Shown here piece after piece: positions 27,401 to 38,300 of a stretch of DNA of 64,000 bases. Position 1 is the first letter of the stretch. Every line of letters begins with the position of its first letter. The position numbers were made by a program, and so were the translations under genes. The notes under the pieces were generated by a model. It did not search any database. It was not told where the DNA came from and saw nothing but the letters and a program-made list of their open reading frames with translations. Origin of the DNA: Tubiluchus corallicola (lineage: Eukaryota > Animalia > Priapulida); the NCBI GenBank assembly GCA_030141605.1, contig JAQGDQ010000085.1:186001-250000 (forward strand), given 5' to 3'.

Positions 27401-30400
27401 AAAGTAACACCTTAATAAGAATCCATCTGGGTTTGTCCTTCAGTGAAAATCATATAACATATCACATATCTAGCCGTAAGGCCACTGTATGAATGAAAAC
27501 AACTCTCATAAACCAGAAAGTTAATCTAGCACACAAGAGTAACATTTTTTAGTTACTCGGGAAGTAACTCTATAAAGGGAAGTTTTGGTCTGATGATGGT
27601 GCAGTTATTCTTGTTATTCCTCATGTAATAAGTTTTCATTGACTTTTAATATTGTGACTGCGACATCACAATAGACGAAAGAACAGATTCCACGACATCA
27701 GTAAGGGGTGTTCTAAAAGGGCAGTTGTATTTGATGCTAAACCACAAAGTTTGCTGTTCATGGAGCACGTATGTTGAATGTTTTTTACAAGTTACAAGTT
27801 AAGCGACTGTTGATAAGTAAATAATAAATAAAACAAAGCTTACAAAAGATTAGTTTGCTAAACAATTAAGGAAAGACTCCTTACTGTATCAAATCATTAT
27901 ACTTTATCATGGTGGCTTCTTTACTTGGGCACAAAAGACGTTCACTAGCAGTTTTTGATTCGGTTAATCATTGTGCATGTAGCATGCAGATGTGATTATA
28001 GAATACAATTTCAATAAGACATTTAGTGTCTATGTCTTATTATCTATAAAGCCATCTGTTTCATGGATAATGACTCTAAAGACTGTTGACTGAAACAGAT
28101 GACTGTTTCATTTATAGTGAAATTTTCCAAACATGTTGATTGTCAAAGAATTTGTAATGACCTATACAAAGGAGGCTGTGTTCTCATTGCCCTTTGTTTG
28201 TCTTTTAGCAAAATTAGCAAAACTACTCGAGAAATTTCTATGAAATTTTGCATAGGTATGGAAAATGAAGTACAGTACTCAGTGCCATTCTAGTTAAATA
28301 CATTTTGTTTTTAATAGCAAAACATTCAAGATGTATGGTATTTTCGTCAACGTCAACACGACTACTTTATTTGCGAGCAATTTCACAAAAATGACTTTGG
28401 CACACAGACACCTGTACTGTCTTATGAAACAACTTCGTCGTTTAAAAGAACGTGTATTCACACCTTATCTTGTTTCTTTGATTTGCTTTTAGACGCTCGG
28501 CTTGTGCACATACCTAGGTTTTATTCTGTTGATAATGCATGTAATATTTGCAGAAGCTGAAGGACATACAGTGAGCCCGAACGTTAAATTATTTACATCT
28601 AGTTGACAGTTTAATTAGGCTATGCTCTTACTAAATAATTATATCAAAAACTAGTCCAGAATGTGAAGCATTGGGTTGCTCGCTTATTGACTTTTTTCTT
28701 CACAACTCTTTGCCAACCAACTTCCCTCGGTTTAGCGGTATCTTGTTTTGACAACGTCGAATGCTTGATGTCTTTTTGTCACTTAACGACAAATGTTTTG
28801 TTTTTACCACAAATTTTTTTCTTTATGTATTGAGATTTTGTTAGCTGTGATAAAACAGTTTCATGAGCATAACATCTGATTAGCAGCATTGCTGGATCAT
28901 GTGTCTTTAAGTGGTTTAACCAAAACCCCAACCAGACTGTAAAAATAAATGCTTGCTCAGAAATTTTTACGCTGATCTAGTCAAAAACTCGGGCTTGGCG
29001 AGGGAGTTAAAAATAAACTTAATATATATGCAACAGTTGTTGGTGAAACCATGTATACGTCAACACACAGTTCCCAATATAACCAATGCCTGTATTGACT
29101 TGTACACTGAAATGAAGCCAGAACTGCAGCAAGGCCAACACTGCAGGCATTTCTGCTAAATGCAAATCCGGTTATTGGCACTAAAAACCTTGACAGAGAT
29201 TCACTGGCTTCATTGCTGATAAACTTAAACCATAATGGAAATAATTACTATGTGTACATATATATCCAATAAAAAATACATTTCTATTCGATTCTATTCT
29301 ATTCTATTCTACGCTGGCCAATCTACTTTACTCTATTCTAGTCTGTTCTGTTCCATTCCATTCTGTTCCATTCCATTCTACTCTACTCTACTCTGCTCTA
29401 CTCTACTCTACTCTATACTCTATTCAGTTCTGTTCTGTTCTATTCTATTCTATTCTATTCTATTCTATTCTATTCTATTCTATTCTATTCTATTCTATTC
29501 TATTCTATTCTATTCTATTCTATTCTATTCTATTCTATTCTTTGTAAAGGGTTTTTGCCCCCAAAAGCCCAAGTTAAGTCATTTGCTGGTATACCACTGT
29601 ATTACAAAGAAATTAACCCAATCATTAATATTAGTGTAAAATCATATCTTAATTCCTTGTTGATGTTACTTTATATTATTTGCAAACTTTCAAGCACTCT
29701 CAAATTTTCGCACCAGTTTGACCACATCTGTAATATGAGGCTATTTTAACAAGAAAGGTGTCAGCGATAACAGCATTGGTAGCTGTAGATTTAGCTCACG
29801 ATGTAACACATATATTACAAGCATATGTGATATATACTCAAAAACATGAAATTACAAACTGGCTACCAGACCGCTGTTTGTTAACATGTCTTCGGTCGAT
29901 GTTTTTGAAAGTTCTCACACTAAGATGTACTAATAACATAAGAAGTTCTAACAATACGAGCACAGATCTTACGCACACAGAAAAACTTAAAACTTACCAG
30001 CAGTCCTCTTATTTTATTTGAAAACAGGCCATTGTCTTTTTCATTTCAGTAACTCACTTAAGTCACATTTTAACTTTTGATTTACAAGACGATGAGGATA
30101 CTTCAGATAAATGCAGTCATTTTATGTACCGAGCTAAATACATTATTGCTAATTTCTCTTACTTACACGCAGATTTAAAATTGCGTATTTTCTGTAGCTA
30201 CTGTTACAGTTACACAGAAGTCAAACCTGGAAGCTCGATAGTAAAATTTCAAAATTAAGCGCGGCTTGTAATCACACAGATACTGTCTTCATTTCACTCA
30301 GATACTGATATTCTTCCCCCACTTAAACAATTACACAAATGATTTGTTAAATTTTACCACAGCTGCTTGAATAGTGAAAATCGCATAGCCAATTTCTTTG

Positions 30401-33400
30401 CACGTCATTCTCGATTCCATGCATCTTCTATAATGGATTATAATTTATCTATTTGTAATGAGTACAAAACTTTTTACACAAAAATGAAAATTCTCTTTCT
30501 AAAGTTTATTCCTATACATCATATAGTCAGTTATGTTAGCGAAGAACAAATTACAACCGTAAATTATTTAAACTAGTTATATGGGTTCTAGAAAGTAATT
30601 GTTTTGATTTATTTAATAGGAATGTGTTGCATGCACTACTAACATATCTTTCTCTCACATAATTGTATATTTTCACGTTGCTTACTAATCTTGTTACTTA
30701 ATGTTCTTTTACTATTGATTTGTTTGTTTATTTGATGTGATTGTACCACGAGTACAAGTAAAAATGATATATATACACAGCGACATTGCATGGTTAGGAG
30801 TTACAGAATAGAGCAAAAAGGTACCTGTCTAATGTAAGGCTCACTTCCTCTGGCTACAGCTCCCAGTGCACTGGTGTCTCGGGGGACAGACCGCCAGCAA
30901 ATTACCTACAGTATTACAGAAAATAGCATTATAGCAACGGAAGAAAATGTACCACTAACAGAAGTTGCCAAAACTAAACTCAACAGCAGACAACATCAGT
31001 ACATATCATTTTGAAAAAGAACATCAGGTAATTGTCTCACTTGCAGTCCGTTAGCTCCGGCATATTGAGAAACCAGTTCTTCAGTTAAAGGAGATGATTC
31101 CTTCTTCTGGAAGGTCAATCCGGTTGCGTAATCTCCCGGTGGAGGCAAATCAATGTTATGTTCCTCTCTGAAGAAGTAGTAAACAGAATATTGAATCAAA
31201 ATAATAAATATAAAAAATTCAAGTGTAAATTATTGGTAAACCAGCTTTTAAAGCACAATTTCATCAAACTTTTCCACACATGACATAAGCTTATGTTGGC
31301 ACAATCACTACTAACATAAAATTTTGAGCCTTTGTTTTCATAAAAAAACAAACACAATAATTTCGCAATTCCATGAAATGGTACATTTGTAGGATTTTGT
31401 GGCTTTTGGAGAACTAAAATTGATGAAACGGATCCATGCAGTTAACTCACTTTTTACACAAAATGTTTATATTATTAAAAGTTCACAAAACTTAAAGGAA
31501 ATGTTTTAAAATCATTAAATTATTGACTGCAACACCTGAAAAGCAAAAATGTTCGGTCAAACAAAACATTTTCACATTATATAAACTACCAAATCTATGA
31601 TTCTATGATACATTTTTACATACAAATTCATATATATTCTTAACTTACAAACAAATAAATGTCTCTATATTTTGTGTTGCCGTGTATCATAATAACACAA
31701 CTCTTGTTCTGCTTATCTTATGCCATTCAGAAAAGATTATTGCAGAATGCTGCAATTACAGAAAGTATGTAAATATAACTGATTGCAAATATTGCCTAAT
31801 ATCTGAGCAGCACAATTGCACTCAGCCATTGAGCTCTGTGTATTGGATAATCAATTGTATGCATAATGCATTATAGTAAACCTTGTAGTGTGTGCACTGT
31901 TATGTAACTGAACGCTGAAATCTTAATGAACTAATACAGGGAACTATGCGGGCACATCTATACAACTAACTCAAGACAAAAATACAAAATTCTATACTAC
32001 TCTAAACTGTCGTTCTAAATCTTTTAAATTTAAATGATTCTAAAGAATTTGTTTAAATGATTAACTTGTACAAAAGTATGTTCTTACTGCATATCAGTGC
32101 CAATACATAGTAACACTGTCAACTCGAACCAACAGGCTAAAGAGCTTTCGGTACAAGGGGCAGCTAGGGTAAACCTCTTATTTAACCAAAGGTGAACGTA
32201 ACTATCTTTTTTCTTCCTGCTTTGAATTCTTAATTTTTCAATACCATTCCGCTGATCCATGCCAGCCTTAAACCGAGCAAAGCCTTCATTAACACTGCAA
32301 GGCATGTGTACGCAGTGTTCTTTTTAAACTTGTGCACAATATGAATTCAGGAGTCAAATCTAGTGGTTTTCCAGACCAGAGAGCCTTTCTTCCTGTGTTG
32401 GTAAATCTTAAAACATCCAGTATACATTCACATATTCACAAGATACGTTTGTCATTGGGTGAGCGGATGTGCAATCATGATTAGCTCCCAAGTAATACTT
32501 GCATTACTCAAAGTGACCATAATTTATGAATTGTTGCGATGCCTCTTTCATTTTTCCACAGGTTCCTTCTCTTTACATTATTCATTCAGCCCAGAGTTCA
32601 CAGACACAGAGAAACCCAATCTTCTGGTAACCAGAACAATTTGACCCATGTTGCAAGCTACACTGCTTTAAATTCTTCCGGTTACCTGATGTACTATATA
32701 TAGTTAAATTAGTTAATAGCTACACACACTGAGTGTAAACAGACGATAAATTATTTACTTCAACAAATTTGTGTCAAATACAACTGTAATAAAAACAACT
32801 GGTGGGGGGAGTTGATAATTTAACTTTTAACTTTTATTTTTTATTTAACCCACATCACAAATTTACAACTTGGAAACATTATATATGGTTTACATACAGA
32901 TGTGGTCTGGGAGGCACAGATATGGCAAAAAGCCGCAAACCGTAAGGGCCACCCAGACCATTAACATAAATAGCATACAATAGAATACAGTTGTTTCATA
33001 AATGAGGACAAATGGTGACGAAACAATGATGATCAGTGAAAAATTTGTCATACAGGATGTTAACTATCAATACTATTGCTCTATGAGATTTTACCGATTG
33101 AAGGATGAACATACATAAGCTGAAGTAAAATAATAATATAGCACACAAGGGATCAACTTAATTAACGGCGACTAAAATTAAGTGAGCAATTAAGTTGATC
33201 CCTTGTGTGCTACATTATTTCACTTCAGCTTATGTATGTTCATCCTTCAATCGGTAAAATCTCATAGAGAAATAGTATTAATAGTTAACATCCTGTATGA
33301 TAAATTTTTCACTGATCATCATTGTTTCTTCACCATTTGTCCTCATCAATCAAACAACTGTTCACCCTTAAAAAAGAAAATGTGCAATACTTGAAATGTT

Positions 33401-34306
33401 AACAAATGTGAAATAGGCTAAATATACTAAATGAAGAACATTTCACAGTATTACTATTTCTGAAACTGTACCACTAAATTGTGCCTTATTCATATAAAAA
33501 AAGCTAAGCTATCTCAGGCTACACAACAAAAAATACTTTACACTGCAGCCACCTACATTGAGCAGGTAAATAATTACGCTCCCATAAATGCACAATACGG
33601 TTTCCTACAACACTTACTTGATCTTCTTGGCATATAACTTGTGAGGTATTGAAGTAAGAACACCAGCACCATCGCCAGTATCATTGTCAGCTGATGTTGC
33701 TCCTCGATGTTCCATGCATTCTAACATCACCTGGGAATCTCTCAACACCTGGTAAAAGTGATGACACAAAAACGTTGACACTCTGACAATAACTGATTCA
33801 TTTATCCAAGTACTTATAAATGTTTAGTGAAGTTGAAAACAGAAACTGTTACAATGCATGCTTAGCCATTCCTTATTGTTTTAACATTTCATAATTTAAT
33901 CCAATAAATTGCTGACTTGCAGCATCTTTCTTTCATACCTGCCTAAAGCAAATGATTCTGACAAACATGGCATAGTGGTGTCTAAATGCTTTCACGACTT
34001 CCTGCTGTTTTTGTTCATTTTTGAGTTCTGTAATTATTAGGCCCGTGTCACACAGAGAAAGGTGCAAGGAGCAAGCCATAATCCATAATCCAAACCAGTT
34101 TCACACAAACAAATTTAATATTCAAAGGTAAGAATTTCAGTGACAAACAGTTACAAGCCTACCTTCTGGGAAGCAATCCCGTCGATATTGACCACAAAAC
34201 CGACTCCGCAAGAGTCCTTTTCAAACTGAGGGTCATAAAGACCTTGCTTTTCTGGCAAACCATCTTCTCTTAACTTCACATTGTGCAAGGGAGGAAGAGG
34301 TTCCAT
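375..34306 (-). CDS. GLT1: Glutamate synthase [NADH] (fused alpha+beta GOGAT), multi-exon, 3'-partial (runs off window start)
   Basis: 32 GT-AG exons with matching phases (4982 nt, ~1660 codons). Motifs: propeptide ..[10 protein letters not shown]|CGVGF (catalytic Cys1), [44 protein letters not shown], [3Fe-4S] [20 protein letters not shown] beta-helix, then beta-subunit start RGFVKY..DWKE..QAAR. In-frame TGA at 34333-34331 upstream of the ATG supports the start. Confidence 0.97.
1170..1472 (-). mobile_element. Repeat family A carrying an internal tRNA-like Pol III cassette
   Basis: Minus-strand A-box (TAACTCAGCTGGC, 1282-1270), B-box (GGTTCAAATCC, 1239-1229), T-run. Homologous to 50685-50910. 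Local inverted repeat 1379-1413/1440-1472. Confidence 0.7.
1492..1598 (-). CDS. GLT1: GOGAT coding exon 31 (linker)
   Basis: [19 protein letters not shown] (DIE..LDK linker motif). Confidence 0.92.
4385..4850. mobile_element. Interspersed repeat, inverted copy of 23755-24272
   Basis: aggtcaaatttaaa, aagagctaac.gtaactt, gaaatcg.gcctc, ggctaaa.aaatgtgctag, ttcttcggaaa.gac.ccttcac all align to the reverse complement of 23800-24250. Confidence 0.75.
5325..5516 (-). CDS. GLT1: GOGAT coding exon 30 (end of alpha domain, start of linker)
   Basis: [10 protein letters not shown]..acidic linker..KHRRAHK, donor GTAAGT. Confidence 0.93.
6300..6385 (+). repeat. tRNA(Thr)-derived SINE-like head, family B
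   Basis: ATCGCTAGGGAA, A-box-like TGGTAGTCTAATG, B-box GGTTCAAATCC; acceptor stem does not pair; same family on minus at 35255-35335. Confidence 0.65.
6583..6876 (-). CDS. GLT1: GOGAT coding exon 29
   Basis: [27 protein letters not shown]. Confidence 0.97.
7418..7537. repeat. Inverted repeat of two degenerate minimal hammerhead-ribozyme motifs (Penelope-like element termini)
   Basis: ~50-bp arms; right arm GTA-CTGAAAA-TGGCT..GGCT-GAAA-TGATCG-TC-TAC..AATAAA. Confidence 0.6.
7837..8022 (-). CDS. GLT1: GOGAT coding exon 28
   Basis: [34 protein letters not shown]. Confidence 0.97.
8144..8249 (-). CDS. GLT1: GOGAT coding exon 27
   Basis: [28 protein letters not shown]. Confidence 0.95.
9139..9296 (-). 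CDS. GLT1: GOGAT coding exon 26
   Basis: [30 protein letters not shown]. Confidence 0.95.
9525..9660. mobile_element. Terminal fragment of repeat family A
   Basis: ttagttagattatgac..aaaccattgcgg..ccattgcggttaatga followed by ttagttgccagc (reverse of the core end). Confidence 0.6.
9893..10102 (-). CDS. GLT1: GOGAT coding exon 25
   Basis: [26 protein letters not shown]. Confidence 0.95.
11457..11665 (-). CDS. GLT1: GOGAT coding exon 24
   Basis: [29 protein letters not shown] ([3Fe-4S] ligands). Confidence 0.97.
11933..12073. mobile_element. 141-bp palindromic MITE, Kolobok-type ends
   Basis: TTAA|AGA...TCT|TTAA; internal inverted gcgaga..tgacgt / acgtca..tctcgc. Confidence 0.6.
12339..12519 (-). 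CDS. GLT1: GOGAT coding exon 23
   Basis: [29 protein letters not shown]. Confidence 0.97.
12923..13123 (-). CDS. GLT1: GOGAT coding exon 22
   Basis: [32 protein letters not shown]. Confidence 0.97.
13298..13414 (-). CDS. GLT1: GOGAT coding exon 21
   Basis: [29 protein letters not shown]. Confidence 0.97.
13815..14055. repeat. Diverged ~120-bp tandem duplication
   Basis: acaatta..aaaatcat..catctttcag.tggtaggg..catag.aaaatat and cgtacgtc.ggttt each occur twice. Confidence 0.65.
14263..14527 (-). CDS. GLT1: GOGAT coding exon 20
   Basis: [35 protein letters not shown]. Confidence 0.97.
15019..15332 (-). CDS. GLT1: GOGAT coding exon 19
   Basis: [27 protein letters not shown]. Confidence 0.96.
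15789..16002 (-). CDS. GLT1: GOGAT coding exon 18
   Basis: [35 protein letters not shown]. Confidence 0.96.
16096..16188 (-). CDS. GLT1: GOGAT coding exon 17
   Basis: [30 protein letters not shown]. Confidence 0.95.
17190..17360. repeat. ~41-42-bp minisatellite, 4 copies, within a (CGAATC)-rich stretch
   Basis: gaatccgaatct.agtttaaaataattttc x2, then aattc.aatctcaatttttcaaattgttctt x2. Confidence 0.75.
17854..18014 (-). CDS. GLT1: GOGAT coding exon 16
   Basis: [19 protein letters not shown]. Confidence 0.95.
18777..18911 (-). CDS. GLT1: GOGAT coding exon 15
   Basis: [29 protein letters not shown]. Confidence 0.95.
19407..19707. mobile_element. pogo/Tigger-like MITE (~300 bp)
   Basis: Imperfect TIRs CAAGTAGTCACAGACTTACAAC ... 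GTTGTAATCTGTAACCCTACTTG|TA; second copy at 1-208. Confidence 0.7.
20024..20174 (-). CDS. GLT1: GOGAT coding exon 14
   Basis: [35 protein letters not shown]. Confidence 0.96.
20746..20830 (-). CDS. GLT1: GOGAT coding exon 13
   Basis: [28 protein letters not shown]. Confidence 0.9.
21276..21396 (-). CDS. GLT1: GOGAT coding exon 12
   Basis: [15 protein letters not shown], phase 0-1 fits neighbours. Confidence 0.85.
21536..21655 (-). CDS. GLT1: GOGAT coding exon 11
   Basis: [16 protein letters not shown]. Confidence 0.95.
21922..22076 (-). CDS. GLT1: GOGAT coding exon 10
   Basis: [31 protein letters not shown]. Confidence 0.96.
22235..22346 (-). CDS. GLT1: GOGAT coding exon 9
   Basis: [18 protein letters not shown]. 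Confidence 0.96.
23338..23542 (-). CDS. GLT1: GOGAT coding exon 8
   Basis: [31 protein letters not shown]. Confidence 0.96.
23755..24272. mobile_element. Non-autonomous DNA element, probably Kolobok-like (TTAA-flanked)
   Basis: TTAA at 23751-54 and 24273-76, weak TIR; homologous copy at 4385-4850. Confidence 0.6.
24503..24639 (-). CDS. GLT1: GOGAT coding exon 7
   Basis: [37 protein letters not shown]. Confidence 0.96.
26101..26196 (-). CDS. GLT1: GOGAT coding exon 6
   Basis: [24 protein letters not shown]. Confidence 0.93.
26375..26425 (-). CDS. GLT1: GOGAT coding exon 5
   Basis: [17 protein letters not shown], phase 0-0. Confidence 0.88.
26645..26955 (-). mobile_element. Degenerate tRNA-SINE with conserved central domain
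   Basis: Minus strand gtctactcaac..attgagtacctgg..aaaggcggccgagtgacaggctaaccacctg; homologous partial copy on plus at ~44985-45150. Confidence 0.6.
29281..29541. repeat. (TTCTA)n pentanucleotide microsatellite with degenerate left part
   Basis: Pure TATTC repeats ~29449-29541; CTCTA/TTCCA/TTCTG variants upstream. Confidence 0.97.
30825..30905 (-). CDS. GLT1: GOGAT coding exon 4
   Basis: [27 protein letters not shown]. Confidence 0.93.
31041..31167 (-). CDS. GLT1: GOGAT coding exon 3
   Basis: [22 protein letters not shown]. Confidence 0.93.
32820..32965 (-). mobile_element. 3' end of an L2/CR1-type LINE
   Basis: Minus strand stem GGTCTGGGTGGC...GCCTCCCAGACC, then AATAAA and an (AAAAGTT)2 tail. 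Confidence 0.5.
32987..33361. repeat. Fold-back palindrome: ~175-bp arms, 24-nt spacer
   Basis: 32987-33163 is the near-perfect reverse complement of 33188-33361. Confidence 0.95.
33618..33748 (-). CDS. GLT1: GOGAT coding exon 2
   Basis: [36 protein letters not shown]. Confidence 0.95.
34163..34306 (-). CDS. GLT1: GOGAT coding exon 1
   Basis: [33 protein letters not shown]; exon acceptor at 34412. Confidence 0.92.
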
Positions 34307-35254
34307 TCTGACAGAGTCCAGTGACTCTGTTCACACCGAGAAATGGTTTGATCGGTGTCTCTGTTCACACGGACAGACGATTTGATCTCTGTTTATTTGA
34401 AAAATCAACGCCTGCAATTTGTGGAACAAATTAAATGCGAGGAAAACAATCAAGCACACTGCACAGGAAGCAAAAAGAAGTAAAACATACTCATAGTACT
34501 TACAAACAAGGAAAATAATTCCCAAATTCATAAAATGTACATCACAACTCTCTAACTAAAATTATATTATTATAAAACAGCATGAAATAAAATTAGTATC
34601 AGTATAAAACAGCGTTATTATAAATCATACGTGGAATAATAATGCAAGTATGAGAAGTAGTTGAATCAACCCTAAAGGTCACCAAGTTAAAAGTGTATGC
34701 CAAACACTACACAAATGTGAAAACAGGAATAGCCGCATACATTAACCTACAAATAAAGTAGACAGGTTACCCCTGTTCATGTGCTAATCAGTACAGTACT
34801 TAAAAAAAGATCACGATAGCTCCAGGACAGGAGAACGGAATTTTGGTAAACTTTATGATGAAGTCCTAGAAACGCATTTTACCAAGCGGTTACTATGAAT
34901 TAGATCCACCATTCACTGCTAATAACGCTTAATACTTTAAAGAATGCACCTACAGGTATGGTAATTTACTATCACGGTGTTACAATATTTCAGTGTTCTA
35001 AATCACCAGCTCTAAATAATGCATCTACTACAGTGTATTTATAAACCAAAAATATGGCTGACAATATGCTATGCGTCAACTTTTGTAAGCCAGCCAGTCT
35101 AACGGGTCAAATTAAAAAAAAGGAAAACAAGATCAACTTAATTAACTACAGTAAATATTATTATTATTATTAATGCTGGTACAAAAGCATAATTAGCTAA
35201 TTGTACGTTGGAACTAAACCGGAAAAAAATGAAACATGAAAAAGCTGGAACACA

Positions 35255-35335
35255 CAAGACAGGATTTGAACCACGGACATTCTGATTACGAGGCAGTCAT
35301 CATAACCGTTAAACTGCCACGTTCCCTAGCGATCA
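35255..35335 (-). repeat. tRNA(Thr)-derived SINE-like head, family B
   Basis: Reverse complement ATCGCTAGGGAACGTGGCAGTTTAACGG..CTCGTAA..GGTTCAAATCC. Confidence 0.65.
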
Positions 35336-38300
35336 TAACAGTGTAAAGTTGTCTTTGTATTTGGTAAAGCCAACTATAAAAAGGACAGAATGACCAATGG
35401 GACTTCTAGTCAGCTACCATTTACAGAGCAACTTTGATACTAGCTTACTCCATGCATATTTCAGTGAAAACATGAACAATTAGTTAACTGCTACTTTCAG
35501 TCGCAGACAACATTTAGCACAATAAACGTTATTATTAATTATTGAGGTTCAACTTCCCACATACATTGATTAAATCTGTTTTAGTACAAAACGGAACGGT
35601 CCAGTATTCTGGCTTCATCTGATAAAACAGTTGCAGCTTTACAGGAATCTGCACGCTGCAGCAGACAGCACTGCTTTTACGGCTGAAGATTATTTCTGGC
35701 TTAGAACGAATGTCAGAGGTACAGTACAGTATGGCAGACTAGAACTCCAGCTATACAAGCTATTATTTCCAGGCAATTTTTATAACATTTTCATGAATCA
35801 AAGGCTCACGAATACACAGTCTAAAAGCTCAAGAACTGCAATACTGAAAACAAACTAATGACGCTACATCATCGTGGACGCTATGAATGATTTTTGTCAA
35901 CGAATACAATTCACTGTTACAGTCAGATTCCGCGTACAAATAGCATGATAAGAAAAGCTCCATTTGTACTAGTGAATAATTGAATGCTGATGTCATTCTC
36001 ACAATTACATGTCTCGACTGTTTAGATTTAGATTTAGATTTATTATACACATTGCCAATGTGTACATGTACATACAGAATAATATGTAACATACCAAGTT
36101 TATAAACCATCAGCACATGAAGATAAGTTTAACTCTGTTCTCCTAATTACATATTTGGCGAAGTAAACAGCTGAGTGGTCACGGTATGTTTGGTGACTCA
36201 AGTTAAACAACACACAGGATCGACAGTAAATGTATGTGTGACTGCCCAGGAAATTGTTTCTGAGTAATTTCATTTGCCATATTGCCTCGGGTATTTACCT
36301 AGGTATTATAATCAATAATGCGCAAGCATTACACAATTGGTCCATATCTGCTTAATGATGCTACTAGGCTAACAGATATTATCTGTACCTGCATAAAACT
36401 ATGCGACAATAAATAATCAATGATGCGACAACAACGACTTAGTGTTCTAGATTTTTCTAAGTGACAAAACCCAGAAATGCGAGTTTGAACATTATGCGCA
36501 TTGGTTTTGGCCTGAAGGAGGTATTTTAGAAAATCCAAACCATGACATGAGTGCTGTGGAAGTAATAATCAATTTAATACAATACAGGCCAAACCAGCAA
36601 AAAAATTTTTGTAAAGTCAAAACTGTGTAAAAATGATAAACTTTATTAGAGCCATCCACTAATTAATAATGCGTGAGCTAAAAAACAAAAAGCTAAACTG
36701 GGATTCGAACTCATCCCAACTTAATCAAATTGTCTGGAGGTGAGCACCGTAGTAACACAGCTGCCGCGCATTTCTGGAATATCGACGAGTATCTAAGCAT
36801 TATAAAGATAGGACAATGATGACATCAAACAGCATTTGGCAGCATGCGTGCGCAGCTTGTAGGATTCTAATTGAAGTTTTTATGCAAGTCAAATTGTATT
36901 ACAAGATCGATTCACATCACTTTCTAAAAGTAATACACATCATATTTTCTTTCTAAAAAGTTAAAGAGCAGTCTCCAAGACACCAATGAAGCATCTCCAC
37001 AATACTTTCTCTACATGATGTTTGGTCAAAATTTTGAAACAAATCAGGTGGCTAAGTCTAGAAAAATGCTTATGGCAGGGACCTATGAACATGGGCATTC
37101 CTGGAAACCAAACTATGTCTATTAAACTCTGTGATGAATGTGCTGAAAGCTCTTTCTAATTCTCGCTGTCCCATTCTTCAGATCTAAGTTAATTTATGTC
37201 TTACGAAAAAATGCCTACTTTTTGTAATATTTTGCTCACCGTTCCTCACTCACATCTAGGATCAAAACATAAACCCCCTATGGAATGACAAGAAATTGAG
37301 ATGGTTCGTTTGATATATAAATTGTCGCAAAAGGTTCAGGAATTATTGAAAAAATTCGCATATTATATAAATAAGTTAATAAAAAATAAATATACCCAAA
37401 AAACTAATAATATTAGATTAATAAGTGAAAAAACAAAACACTGCTATAAATTCATATTGGCATATGAATGAAAGTCGTAGCACAACAGGAAAATCTCTGC
37501 TGTTACCAGTAATAACATCTTAACAGTAGAAGGTACTGTAAGCAAAGCAATCACTGGTCACCACATCTACCTAACTGTCAGAGGAGTTGATAGGGAGCGT
37601 CAAGACTCTGGAAGGGATCCGAGCCAGTTGTGAGAATTCTGACCAATGCTAACAAGTGCAAACTTTTTCGATAAGAAATAAAATAAAACAAAGAAAATGC
37701 AGGCCCATATCAATTTTTTTCTGAGCAATCGAGTATTCAATGTGGTGGATTGGCTCAGCAAATACGTTAACTTACTGAATTAGGCTATTGTTAGGTTTCA
37801 ACAAAAGATTAATTGTTTTTACTACCAGACTGAGCAGCTAAATAAAAATATTATAATATCCAGTCAGAAGCTTAGCACTTATTTTTCCCTGTTGCCTCCA
37901 TTAATTTAAATTAACCTGTTATTAATTATTATATTAACTTGAGTCCAGCCATCCATCGATTAAAATTTAATAGGAATAACTTAACTGCTGCCCACCACAC
38001 AACAGGCAAGTCTCATAAAAAATGCTCTGGGAACATAACATTGAAAACGAGGGGGAAGAGTCTAAACTACATTGAACAGACCGTTATTAAAGCAAAGGCT
38101 ACGTAAATTAAAATTTGGTTATCATGCAAAATGTGCAAAATTTAATAATGAAAATGATAATTGATGATGATAATGATCATGATATTAATAGTAATTACGA
38201 GTAATTGTTTGGTTTACTTGAACATACACACACAGACACATTTGTAGAAACAAAAAAGCCTAAATGACTTGTAGCAGTTTAATTATTTATTCAGGTTAAA

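Noticed and set aside
29235-29639. 134-aa ORF (YSILF repeats)
   Set aside because: Translation of the (TTCTA)n microsatellite.
33203-33394. 63-aa ORF
   Set aside because: Falls in the right arm of the fold-back palindrome; no coding features.
34311-34330. CAGTG-loop hairpin resembling an iron-responsive element
   Set aside because: CAGTG reads on the plus (antisense) strand; the mRNA loop is ACUG and there is no bulged C.
35255-35335. Functional tRNA-Thr gene (also 6300-6385, 1215-1290, 50725-50797)
   Set aside because: Acceptor and anticodon stems do not pair; the copies behave as diverged repeats.
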